This document shows, in pieces, positions 38,805 to 48,023 of a stretch of 64,000 bases of DNA (position 1 is the stretch's first letter; the number at the start of each line of letters is the position of its first letter). The notes under the pieces are model-generated. The model was not told the DNA's origin. It ran no database searches and was given only the letters and a program-made list of their open reading frames with translations. Where the stretch lies: the IMG/VR virus record IMGVR_UViG_3300028666_000003. One strand, written 5' to 3'. The stretch is from an uncultured virus (IMG/VR IMGVR_UViG_3300028666_000003). Lineage: Duplodnaviria > Heunggongvirae > Uroviricota > Caudoviricetes. The position numbers and the translations under genes were made by a program.

Positions 38805-39890
38805 TTAGTAGAGAGGCGCCAGCCAGGACGGGAAGGGAGCAGCACCGATGTCCTGCGTGGAATCCATGATGATGCGGGCATCGCGGAAGATGATGGCGAA
38901 CCCGGTGGTCAAGGACACGTAGGTGCCGTTGATCTGGCGCTGGATGATGCGTTCCGACTCAACCTTGAGGGGCTGGGCAGTGAGCTGCACGGCGGCCATA
39001 TCGGAATCGACCATGAGCAGCTGGCCGGAGGGCACAGCGTTGTGAACGTAGGCGTCCCAGTTGCGGGGCACCGGGGTCTTCAGGTTGAGCGTGAGCTCAG
39101 GGTCAGCGATCTTGTTGCTGCGCCGGAACTCGGTCAGGTCCAGCACGGTGTTGATCATGTCTTCACCGCCGACGATCTTGGTCCACTTGCGGTTGCGCAG
39201 GGCAGCGCGCACCGACATGCGGATGAAGTCGGCATACTGCAGGCCGACGCCAGCACCGGACAGATCGGAGGTCTTCTGGGTGATGCCGACGCTGGGGGCA
39301 GCTTCGGAACCATCCGCCTGGTCACCGTTGATCAGGGTGGTGATGAGCTGGGAACCGAGGCTGGAACCTAGCTTGACGCCGACATCCATGAGCCAGAGGC
39401 TGAGCATGGCGATGGACGAGTACTGGATGCACTCATCCGCGACTTCCAGGCCGATGCCGGTCTTGCCGACACGGACGGACTTCTGGCCATACTTCAGGGA
39501 GCCGAGGGTCATGGATTCAGCCACACCCAACTGCTGTGGGGCGTTGGGAAGGCCGGTCAGGTCCCAGAAGGGCATCACCTGCGTGAGCTGCGGGATGGGC
39601 TCTTCACGGACGATGAGATCCTTGTAGATCGGGGCGTTGATGAACCCTTTGCGAATGGCGTCCCTGAAGATTTCAGGAACCAGCCAACGCTGGGATTCGT
39701 CGCGGTCCAGGATCAGGCCCACGGTGGCGGTCATGGGATCGACATCGAGCTCAGCATACAGCTTGTCGATGGTCATGCCCTCGTAGTTGTCCTTGAGGTG
39801 CTGGGACAGGGTGACATCGAAGCCTTTGCTGCGCTTCTTCTCCATCTCTGCCACAAGTTTCTTGGGGCTCAGCTGTTCGGGGAACGTCAT
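38805..39890 (-). CDS. Major capsid protein (HK97 fold)
   Basis: 361 aa, strong codon bias, LVPE, V.E, K.G..E.I; after protease and decoration genes. Confidence 0.85.
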   Translation of the reverse strand: MTFPEQLSPKKLVAEMEKKRSKGFDVTLSQHLKDNYEGMTIDKLYAELDVDPMTATVGLILDRDESQRWLVPEIFRDAIRKGFINAPIYKDLIVREEPIPQLTQVMPFWDLTGLPNAPQQLGVAESMTLGSLKYGQKSVRVGKTGIGLEVADECIQYSSIAMLSLWLMDVGVKLGSSLGSQLITTLINGDQADGSEAAPSVGITQKTSDLSGAGVGLQYADFIRMSVRAALRNRKWTKIVGGEDMINTVLDLTEFRRSNKIADPELTLNLKTPVPRNWDAYVHNAVPSGQLLMVDSDMAAVQLTAQPLKVESERIIQRQINGTYVSLTTGFAIIFRDARIIMDSTQDIGAAPFPSWLAPLY

Positions 39891-39953
39891 GGGTGTTTCT
39901 CCTTGAGGACTGCGTGGGAATGGGACGAAGGGTGGACAGAGATGGACGACAGG

Positions 39954-40391
39954 TTACGGGCAGGCAACCACGCAAGCGGCACCGGCAGCGCCACCCTGCA
40001 GAACCATGAACTTGCCAGGCGACACGAGGACGCCAGCGGTGGCCGAACCATCGTTCTGGGTCATGGTGATGACGGAGGTGTAGGTGTTGGGATCGGTGGA
40101 CATCTGGGTGCCCTCACCGCTGGCCACTTCGGTCTCACCCGACAGGTCAGCCTTGTGACCGGCGACCAGACCACCGGTGCCAGCCACGACATCCATGATC
40201 TTGCTGCAGAACAGCTCGACCGTGGCCTTCATGGTGTGGGTGTCCTTGGCGACGATCTCACCGATGACGGGGCCACCACTCTGGGCGATGGTCATGTCAC
40301 CCGTGATGCAGGCCAGGGTGCCGACAGGGATGTTGGCATCGGAGATGGTGAACTGCTGGGCCACCATTCCTTCGGGGGCTTTCTTATACAT
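39954..40391 (-). CDS. Capsid decoration/cement protein
   Basis: Gly/Val-rich 145 aa between scaffold and capsid genes, biased codons. Confidence 0.6.
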   Translation of the reverse strand: MYKKAPEGMVAQQFTISDANIPVGTLACITGDMTIAQSGGPVIGEIVAKDTHTMKATVELFCSKIMDVVAGTGGLVAGHKADLSGETEVASGEGTQMSTDPNTYTSVITMTQNDGSATAGVLVSPGKFMVLQGGAAGAACVVACP

Positions 40392-40450
40392 ATGCTCTCC
40401 TTGGAGAAAAAGATGAGGTTGTGGACGAATTGCCCGCTGTTGGTGTGGTA

Positions 40451-41719
40451 TTACCCGTGGATCGAAGTGACGCTGGCCTTCAGGCGCTCAGTTTCCATGT
40501 TGGTGTGGTTGTGCGTGTCAGGGATGTTGCCAGGATCAGTCTGCTGGGAAAGCTGACGGGACAGTTCTGCACTTCCGCACTTGACACAGTGCAGGGGAGC
40601 GATCTGCTCAGCCCGTTCCTTGTAGGTGGAAATGAAGGACTGGGCCACGGCCAGATCCGAATTGGAGATCAGGTTGCGCATGGTGTCGTTGGCCTTGGTG
40701 GCTTCCACCAGGTTGTAGAGGCGCAGAGCCTCATTCCGGGTGTCAACCACCAGCTTCTCACCCAGAGTCGCATTGGCCTTGAGGGCCTCCACTGCAGCCT
40801 TGAGGGTGGTCAGTTCCGTGGTGGCCGTGCCCAGTTCCACGACCTTGGTGGTCACGTCTGCCGTCAGGGCAGTAACCTGGGTGGTCAGATCAGTCTTGAC
40901 CGTTTCGGCAGCGGTCAGCTGGGTCTGAAGTTCCAGGGCCTTGGCAGCCTGTTCCTTCAGTGCAGCAGTGATGGCCTCTTCAGTGGGATCATCCCCCAAC
41001 GAGAGCCCGAGGGCAAGTGCGAGTTTCTTGGGGTCCACGGATACCTCCTGTGAAAAAGATTGTGAGTTGTGCGTCTTAGCTCCAGGGTCTGCACCCATCC
41101 AGACAACGCTGAGTTCATAGACACGATTAACTTTGGTCACCAAAGCCTGGACAGTCTTTCCATCCACAACTTCGCCCATCTTCATGTAGAAGTCCATGTC
41201 GGACATCTTGGGATGGGACTTGATGTGCTCAAAACCGATGGTGACGGAAACGCTGTCCAGGACACCGCTGATGACGCCCCGAGCTACCTTGGGGTCAGCT
41301 TTGGTATCCAGACGCATCATTCCAGTCACCCCATGGGGCACGTTAGGAGTAAGCTCATCCCAGAAACTTTCCTGGGTTTTGCCGAGCCAACCATCCACAT
41401 CGAAGTCGTGATTCTTGAGAATGACCAGGTCATTGAACATCCCAGCCATGACAGCTTCCTTGAGGGCCTTCCCGCCCTCATGACCGAAGTTGATGGTGCT
41501 GTTCTGGACTTCTCCGGCAGACAGCATGCGGGTGGGCACCAGCACATAATCCTCATCCTTGGGATTGGTGTAGGATGAGATTTCCTCATCGGACATGGTA
41601 GAAAAGTCGATCCCCAGGGAGTTGATGCCAAACTGCTTGAGGGATTCTCGCTTGAGAACCTTTCCAGCGGCAGTTTCGTCCAACCCCACTTTCAGGGTGA
41701 CAGTCATTGACAAGGCCAT
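40451..41719 (-). CDS. Prohead protease with C-terminal scaffold (internal GTG start at 41038)
   Basis: NH, SVSV, YELS.V..GAD protease motifs; coiled-coil C-terminus; AGGAGGT before GTG 41038. Confidence 0.8.
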   Translation of the reverse strand: MALSMTVTLKVGLDETAAGKVLKRESLKQFGINSLGIDFSTMSDEEISSYTNPKDEDYVLVPTRMLSAGEVQNSTINFGHEGGKALKEAVMAGMFNDLVILKNHDFDVDGWLGKTQESFWDELTPNVPHGVTGMMRLDTKADPKVARGVISGVLDSVSVTIGFEHIKSHPKMSDMDFYMKMGEVVDGKTVQALVTKVNRVYELSVVWMGADPGAKTHNSQSFSQEVSVDPKKLALALGLSLGDDPTEEAITAALKEQAAKALELQTQLTAAETVKTDLTTQVTALTADVTTKVVELGTATTELTTLKAAVEALKANATLGEKLVVDTRNEALRLYNLVEATKANDTMRNLISNSDLAVAQSFISTYKERAEQIAPLHCVKCGSAELSRQLSQQTDPGNIPDTHNHTNMETERLKASVTSIHG

Positions 41720-41817
41720 TACTCACCTTCCTTTCTCATACCGATTCCATAGACAATAGTGAAGAGGACCAGGATGCACAGGATGAGAACAGTTCCAAAT
41801 ACCTTCCAGCCACTCAT
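41719..41817 (-). CDS. 32-aa membrane peptide
   Basis: MSGWKVFGTVLILCILVLFTIVYG; ATGA and TAATG coupling on either side. Confidence 0.5.
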   Translation of the reverse strand: MSGWKVFGTVLILCILVLFTIVYGIGMRKEGE

Positions 41818-41972
41818 TTCTTGTTCCCCTCTCTCTGTGCCTTCAACTGGGCCCGAAAGGCTGCCTGACCCGTAGTGATGGCATTGGAGGTGTTGATGGA
41901 GAGGATCATGCTGTCTGGTTTGCGCTTTGGGCGTTTCTCAGGTATCTTCAGGGGGGTTTCATTTTTGGTCAT
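41814..41972 (-). CDS. 52-aa basic hypothetical protein
   Basis: GGAGG RBS, ATGA coupling. Confidence 0.5.
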   Translation of the reverse strand: MTKNETPLKIPEKRPKRKPDSMILSINTSNAITTGQAAFRAQLKAQREGNKK

Positions 41973-42829
41973 ACTGCCTCCATTGAATAGGGGATTTCAG
42001 AAGCGTTCTCATAAAAGTCAACCACGGCGAGGCTATGCCGGCAGGATGGGTGGAATGGTGGGCAAGCAAATCCCATGGATTGAACGTCGGCATCAGAGGT
42101 CTTCTCCAACTCCTTGAGACCCAATCCACCCTTGAGGAAGGGCTTCACAATTGCCATGCCCTCAGGACCTGCGTTGATAACCTGGTCTAATCGGGTGAGT
42201 TCAGGGGCCAGTTCAAAGGTGCGACCCAGCATATCCTGGCAGTAGACGCAAGTCAGGTTATCATCAGGACCCACAACCTCAAAGGACCGTGCTCCAGCCT
42301 GTCGCATACCCTGGAGTTGACTGTAAGTCCTGGCTTTGGAGACAGTCGTGTCGATGATCATCCTGATCCGCCACTTCTCCAGATCAAGCTGTTCTCCCAA
42401 GGCATTCACAAAAGCCTGGAGTTCCCTGGGACTATTGCCAATAGCAGCGCCATTCTCAATATAGGCTTTGCGGATGTAATCCACCACAGCCTGTTTTACA
42501 CCAGGGTCCTGGATAAACTGTCCAAGGTAGAGTTTGTCAGCGTTCTCCAGGTATTGGGCTGCGCGCCGATCTGCCAGGGTCAGGTTGGGACTGTTCCTGA
42601 GTGGGTCATCGGTCACAAACCCACGATAGGTAGAATCCACCTGCTTGTGAACCATCTCCTTGAACTGGGAGGAAGTCATGTCCAGGGTGTATTCATGCTG
42701 CAGGATGCTGTAGAGGCTGTCCACGACCTGATCCACAAGAGCAGAGTCATAGGTCAAGGCTGACATGTATTCAATGATCTTGTTGAACGCTGTTGATTCA
42801 GCTTTGTCCATCACGGACAGGACTTGGAC
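41969..42829 (-). CDS. Head morphogenesis protein (Mu gpF/SPP1 gp7-like), possibly made as a portal fusion
   Basis: I..T..S.AR, D..TC.YC, PPFHPSCRH. Confidence 0.85.
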   Translation of the reverse strand, partial: VQVLSVMDKAESTAFNKIIEYMSALTYDSALVDQVVDSLYSILQHEYTLDMTSSQFKEMVHKQVDSTYRGFVTDDPLRNSPNLTLADRRAAQYLENADKLYLGQFIQDPGVKQAVVDYIRKAYIENGAAIGNSPRELQAFVNALGEQLDLEKWRIRMIIDTTVSKARTYSQLQGMRQAGARSFEVVGPDDNLTCVYCQDMLGRTFELAPELTRLDQVINAGPEGMAIVKPFLKGGLGLKELEKTSDADVQSMGFACPPFHPSCRHSLAVVDFYENASEIPYSMEAV

Positions 42830-44483
42830 AAAGATACCTCCGGTATCGGTCCTCAACCTTGGGTTCCTTCTTCTTTTCTGCGAAAGAATGATCACAGTGA
42901 CTATGGTCATCCGTGACTTGCTTGAGAGTAGCAGGTTTCCCGTCCAGTTCCAGGTAGTTCATGTCAATCACGTGCTTGTATCGGCCTGAGTCCTTGTTGA
43001 ACTCGAAGATGGCATGGGACTTAGTGGCGCCCTGCTTTTTCTTGACAGTGGAGTTCTTTTTGTTATTGTTATTGCCAGTGCTAGACCCACCAGGATGTTG
43101 CTCGATGTTCTGATCACCAGCTCCTGTCATTGCTGGATCAGGCAGCGGTTCTGACTCGGCAGGTGTGGTATAACCACAGAGTCTGGCTTTCTCATTCTGG
43201 TCGATGATCCCCTCTTTGTAGAGAGTGGAAGCATTGCTGATGTTGATCATGTCAGACTGGGCTTCTTGCAGGTTGCTCAGGGCCTGTGACGACTTGAAGG
43301 ACACGATGATGTCTGCAGTGAGACCTGCCAGGGCCAGATCCAGCCCCCAACCAAACTCCAGAGCATGGCCTACCATACCCTGAATGCTCTTGAGCTGGGA
43401 GATCATCTTGGAATAGACCACGCTGGCATAGGTTTCCGTGGTGGAATAGGTGCGCCCGTGCATCGCAGGATCTGCCCCGATGGCTGAGAATAACTGCTCC
43501 TCGTTGAGCTTGAAAATCTCAGCGATACCTCTGGCATCAGCGGTCACGCTGTTAACCTCAAACTCAAAGGCACCCTTGAAACCCACAGCGATGCCATCAG
43601 CGAAGTTGTTCTTGATCTGGTCCGTGATCTTGTCCAGGTAGCGGGAGCACCGGTCATAGTAGGCTTCTCCAAGTTCTCCAGGCTTCTGAGCTGGGGGTTC
43701 CGTGGAGTAGGTCATGAGACCCATGAGACCAGCCTTCTTCATCACCTTGTTAATGCTCTTGAGCATCAGGCGCTGCAACTGGATGGGCTCCAGGGCAGCC
43801 AGGAATGGGGGCAAAGCGTAGGGGCTGCCTTCCATCATCTCCAGGTTGGAGTAGTGGAAGGTACGCTCATTCAGCACGATGGGAGCCAGATGAGACATGA
43901 TAGCCATCTGGAACTTGGGAATCTGCACAGGATAGTAGCCCATGCGATCCATCTTGGGAACCCAACGGATTTCTGAGACAGGGACCAGGAAAACCTTCTC
44001 CACCCCATCCAATTGCCTATTGGGCACCCATTCCATAGAAGTGGCACCACTCCTGGCGATCTGGCCGAACAGGGCATTGACAAGACCATCAGGACCCACA
44101 GAATAGGGGAAGATCTGGTTGCTCATCTTCTCAATGCGAGCCACAGCAGCTTCGATCTTGGCGTCTTCCTCAGCGTTCACCGAAATGAGATGGCCTGTGT
44201 TTCCCAACTGGATGATGTGCCCCACGGCCTGTCGCAGATCAGGATTCTGCAGGGAGAGGTTCACCAGCAGGTCGTAAATCTCCATCGGCCACTTCTTGGG
44301 GAGCACGAAGGAGAACAGGCCCATGTCGCTGGCAAGTGACTGCAGGAATGGCAGGTCCTCAGGGATGGAAACACGTTTAGTGGGGAGACCAGCCTTACTG
44401 AAGGGTGGAGTCCCATCACCGATGGGATTCGTGTTTCGATTTCCAGACTTGCTCAGAAAGCTCAGAATGTTTGGCCATGCCAT
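42798..44483 (-). CDS. Portal protein
   Basis: Follows the terminase; G...EWV, PY..PP..AL; size fits. Confidence 0.8.
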   Translation of the reverse strand: MAWPNILSFLSKSGNRNTNPIGDGTPPFSKAGLPTKRVSIPEDLPFLQSLASDMGLFSFVLPKKWPMEIYDLLVNLSLQNPDLRQAVGHIIQLGNTGHLISVNAEEDAKIEAAVARIEKMSNQIFPYSVGPDGLVNALFGQIARSGATSMEWVPNRQLDGVEKVFLVPVSEIRWVPKMDRMGYYPVQIPKFQMAIMSHLAPIVLNERTFHYSNLEMMEGSPYALPPFLAALEPIQLQRLMLKSINKVMKKAGLMGLMTYSTEPPAQKPGELGEAYYDRCSRYLDKITDQIKNNFADGIAVGFKGAFEFEVNSVTADARGIAEIFKLNEEQLFSAIGADPAMHGRTYSTTETYASVVYSKMISQLKSIQGMVGHALEFGWGLDLALAGLTADIIVSFKSSQALSNLQEAQSDMINISNASTLYKEGIIDQNEKARLCGYTTPAESEPLPDPAMTGAGDQNIEQHPGGSSTGNNNNKKNSTVKKKQGATKSHAIFEFNKDSGRYKHVIDMNYLELDGKPATLKQVTDDHSHCDHSFAEKKKEPKVEDRYRRYLCPSPVRDGQS

Positions 44484-44492
44484 GGAATGCTC

Positions 44493-46133
44493 CTATGAGA
44501 ATAAAACGGGCAAGTCTCGTTGTGGTTTGTAGCGAAGCCGCGCAAGTTGAGCCAGTGCGAGTGCGATCACGAGGTCATCGTTGTAGCCTTCATTAGCTCT
44601 GGGGTTTGGCATGCCGACATCCTGCCAGTTGAACACGATCATCTCATTCAGCGTGCGCATCCCATTGACCAGGAAGTTGCTCTGGGGGAACACGCCCTCC
44701 ACTCTCAATCTGTCATGCTCTCGGATGAGCTCCTCCAACGTGGAGATGAGCACAGGACGATTGGCCTTGGTAGTGGTGAAACCTAGCATCAAGGTGTTCT
44801 CAGTCGTCAGTTTCTTTGTGCTCACTTCAACGTCGATGGTGGCGTCTTCCTTCATGTAGGCATAGATGTTGGGGTAGTTCTTGTCAATGAGTTTCTGCAC
44901 AACCGTCAGACCCACACCATTGCGTTCAGGAACAAGCTGGGCCCAGTTGTATTTCTTCCCTAATGCCACAAGATAGTTGGTATATGTATCAGGTTTGCAC
45001 ATGACACGGAACTCAGCCACCTGTTCTCCGGTCTGCCAGTCCACTACCTGGGCCCCATTGTAGTCAGCCCCATCCCCAGTGGCTACGTCCGCACCGATGA
45101 TGTAGAACCGGCCAACTACAGGTTCCTTGAAGATATACAGGCCCTCAGCCCGTTTGCCATAGAGCCCCTCCATATCCTCAAACTGATTGTTGTCATAGAG
45201 CACTTTAAGAGGTTTCTTGTGCCGGAGAGTGTCTGCCCAGTCCATGATGATGGCTGAGTCGAATACTGGACGGCCAGAGTTCAGAAAGTCACAGTCAACT
45301 TCCTGGGCGCACAGCGCCGGTCCCAACTCTCTGCGCTGAATGCGATACCACTGCTCGTCTCTGTTGGGATGCATCTTCCAATGGAGTTTGATTGGGTTGA
45401 AGTCAGATTCCTTGGAACAGGCATCCTTCCACTTGTTGGCAAAGAAATTGCCTAAACCGTTCGCAGTAGAGATAAGGATAGCCATTCCACCCGTGGACAG
45501 GGTAGGGAATGCAGCTGACCAAATCTTCTCGATCCACCGAACGAATGCAGCCTCATCCACAATCAGGAGGGACAGACCCTCTGACCGGCCTGCATCCTCC
45601 GAAGTAGGCACTGACATAATACGGGAGTTGTTCTTGAAGATCAGCTCTAGCGTGTTCTCGTGTTCAATCTCACCCTTCAACCATGGGGGCAAGTGCTTGT
45701 AGGTGTATTTGATCTTGTCCATGAACCGCTGGGCTGTCTTCTCCTTGATAGAGATGATTTCCACAGTCTGGTCAGGTCGGAACATAGCGAACCATAACGC
45801 AAACAGGGCTGTCAACCAAGACAACCCCATCTGACGTGGCTTCAGCACAATGTTAAAAATAGACAGCAAGAAGTGCTTTAGGGTAGCCTTCTGGAACGGG
45901 AACAACAAAAAGGGAATCCTACCCTTCACTGGGTCTTGGATAAAGCAGTAGTTGTTCAGGAAATGGGCAGGATTGGCTGCGCTCCTGAGGTACTCTTCCA
46001 ACTCTTCCTTGCTCTCAGGGGGCCGCCAGCCATCTGTGAATTTCCAAGGAATCCTGGTATCCTCATACTTCAGGACCACTTCCTGCCTTGAAGCAGTCTT
46101 TTTCTTGGATTTGGTTGCTTCCTTGACACTCAC
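44493..46133 (-). CDS. terL: Terminase large subunit
   Basis: LKPRQMGLS, IVDEAAF, ISTANG, GADVATG.G.DY, ERNGVG, DDLVIA. Confidence 0.95.
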   Translation of the reverse strand: MSVKEATKSKKKTASRQEVVLKYEDTRIPWKFTDGWRPPESKEELEEYLRSAANPAHFLNNYCFIQDPVKGRIPFLLFPFQKATLKHFLLSIFNIVLKPRQMGLSWLTALFALWFAMFRPDQTVEIISIKEKTAQRFMDKIKYTYKHLPPWLKGEIEHENTLELIFKNNSRIMSVPTSEDAGRSEGLSLLIVDEAAFVRWIEKIWSAAFPTLSTGGMAILISTANGLGNFFANKWKDACSKESDFNPIKLHWKMHPNRDEQWYRIQRRELGPALCAQEVDCDFLNSGRPVFDSAIIMDWADTLRHKKPLKVLYDNNQFEDMEGLYGKRAEGLYIFKEPVVGRFYIIGADVATGDGADYNGAQVVDWQTGEQVAEFRVMCKPDTYTNYLVALGKKYNWAQLVPERNGVGLTVVQKLIDKNYPNIYAYMKEDATIDVEVSTKKLTTENTLMLGFTTTKANRPVLISTLEELIREHDRLRVEGVFPQSNFLVNGMRTLNEMIVFNWQDVGMPNPRANEGYNDDLVIALALAQLARLRYKPQRDLPVLFS

Positions 46134-47059
46134 TCGTCACCCCGCTCCTTTTCCCCAATAGACATGATCTCCCGGTCTTCATCAGTGAGTTCAATCACTG
46201 CTGGGATGTCTCTGATGTTCTTTACCTTGCGGGCTGAGGGGAGCACACAGGACAGAGTGCTGGCTGCAAATTCCTGCAACTGGTCTGTGCTAGCCATAAC
46301 TCCATTGCCATTATTGATCTGCACGGACTTGGCATGGATGACCTGCTGTAGTTTCTGGAATCCACCACTCATCTTGATGAGATTGTCAATTCCATTGGTA
46401 GCTCGGTTGGCCAAGTCCAAGGAGGACAGCATGGCGCTATACATGGCTGCTCGATCCCGACCTGTGAGTGCCCCAAGTTTTTTGCCTTTAAACTCCACTG
46501 TGTTTTCGTCAGCCGTGTCAATATCTCCACGAATGATGTTGTATAGGGACAGAGCACGCCCACGATCCTGTAGTTTCATCTCCATAAGCATGTAGGCCAG
46601 GGCAGTCACGTCCCTGACGTTATTCTCTGTGTAGAACTTCTCAAATGTGCCTTTGATGGATACCAGGTCTTTCTCGATGGTCTCCATAGGCACATTCAAG
46701 GTTGCAGCCAGTTCCGTGACTGACATTAACTTACAGTCATGAGTATGCCCGTTGAGCATCCACTGAACCACCTCTTCCCTGCGTTCCTGAGTCTCCCTCT
46801 TGGCACCCAAGGGGTCAGTCATCGCTAGGCCAGTCTGCATGGTATTCACAGCGTGGTTCATTCTTGCAGGCGTGGTTCTGGGAGTGCGAATGATCTGTGT
46901 TCCATCATCCATCTTGTTGTCATTGAAGATAGGCTGCTCAGGCATCTTGACCTTCAGTTTGGGCAATTCCTGTGCTTCCCGTGATGGTTTCTTAATTGCT
47001 TCAGTCTTCTTGGCCTTTTTACCCAGCCTGTCTAAACCCGCTAATGCAGCCAATGTCAT
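46130..47059 (-). CDS. Putative terminase small subunit/HTH protein
   Basis: Directly upstream of terL; HTH-like SVTELAATLNVPMETIEKD. Confidence 0.55.
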   Translation of the reverse strand: MTLAALAGLDRLGKKAKKTEAIKKPSREAQELPKLKVKMPEQPIFNDNKMDDGTQIIRTPRTTPARMNHAVNTMQTGLAMTDPLGAKRETQERREEVVQWMLNGHTHDCKLMSVTELAATLNVPMETIEKDLVSIKGTFEKFYTENNVRDVTALAYMLMEMKLQDRGRALSLYNIIRGDIDTADENTVEFKGKKLGALTGRDRAAMYSAMLSSLDLANRATNGIDNLIKMSGGFQKLQQVIHAKSVQINNGNGVMASTDQLQEFAASTLSCVLPSARKVKNIRDIPAVIELTDEDREIMSIGEKERGDE

Positions 47060-47170
47060 ACCAGCCTCCTGTCTGATTCCATAGGACGAACCCAGCAAAA
47101 TGTTGAACGAAAAATTGAGGTAGCTAATCGGTCTTTTCGGTCCTATACTTAGGGACGGAGGAAGACCGAT

Positions 47171-47419
47171 ATGACCAGAATGACAACTCTCAGTGGGTGG
47201 TGGCTCACGCTTCTCAGGAAGAGGGCCAAGGGTGACGTGGCGTTTCTGGCTAAACTCTGTGAAGTGGAACCCAGGACTTTAGGACGTTGGGCTAGTGGCG
47301 AAATTGCAATGCCAGCCAGAGGCCATCGCATTAGGCTGAGAAAGGTGGCTGGGGAAGACCTGTTGAACCTACCCACTTGCCCCAAGTATCTCCGTTCCAG
47401 GCCCAAGCATGTCGATTGA
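47171..47419 (+). CDS. XRE/Cro-like HTH protein
   Basis: LAKLCEVEPRTLGRWASGE..P; GGAGG RBS. Confidence 0.7.
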   Translation: MTRMTTLSGWWLTLLRKRAKGDVAFLAKLCEVEPRTLGRWASGEIAMPARGHRIRLRKVAGEDLLNLPTCPKYLRSRPKHVD

Positions 47420-48023
47420 AATTGTCCCCTTTGACAGACGACTTCTTAGTGCCTCAGCAGAACTAAGAAGGTGGTTTAGCGTCACCAAGGGCAACAAACG
47501 TCTGTTGCGTATAGGCACGATGCCAGAGATGTTGTTGCCTGAGTCCTTCCTGAAATCCCCGCAGCATCCTGTGGAGCTCATGCTGATAGCTCTTATGGAG
47601 GGAGCCTGGATCAGTGCTGACGATTGGAAACCCTATGCCCGCCTGACCATTGCCTCTCGCCTGAAGCGAAAGAGAGCCCTCATATTCCATGACACGTTTG
47701 CTGAGATGCAAGAACCTGTGATGGACTACCAGCTACACGGTGGAACTTTCAAAGAACAACAGCGTATTCAGAAGTTTGCCAAACACATTTTGACTTTGCG
47801 CACTCCAGACGTGTATTTACAGGGTTGTGCTCGTCTGTGCCTATCCATCGCAAGTGAAAACCAGATAACCGCATGTGTCCACCCATTACACTGGATTCGT
47901 GCTGTCATAGCCACTCAGGATTTTCAACCTGCATTCGGTATGGCAGCTCTCCAAGTGGAGATGATGGACCAGAAGAAGACCTTGTGTAGGCTGATCAGGA
48001 CAGAACTGCCCGAGAACATCTAG
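47409..48023 (+). CDS. Hypothetical protein
   Basis: Coupled 204-aa ORF. Confidence 0.6.
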   Translation: MSIEIVPFDRRLLSASAELRRWFSVTKGNKRLLRIGTMPEMLLPESFLKSPQHPVELMLIALMEGAWISADDWKPYARLTIASRLKRKRALIFHDTFAEMQEPVMDYQLHGGTFKEQQRIQKFAKHILTLRTPDVYLQGCARLCLSIASENQITACVHPLHWIRAVIATQDFQPAFGMAALQVEMMDQKKTLCRLIRTELPENI

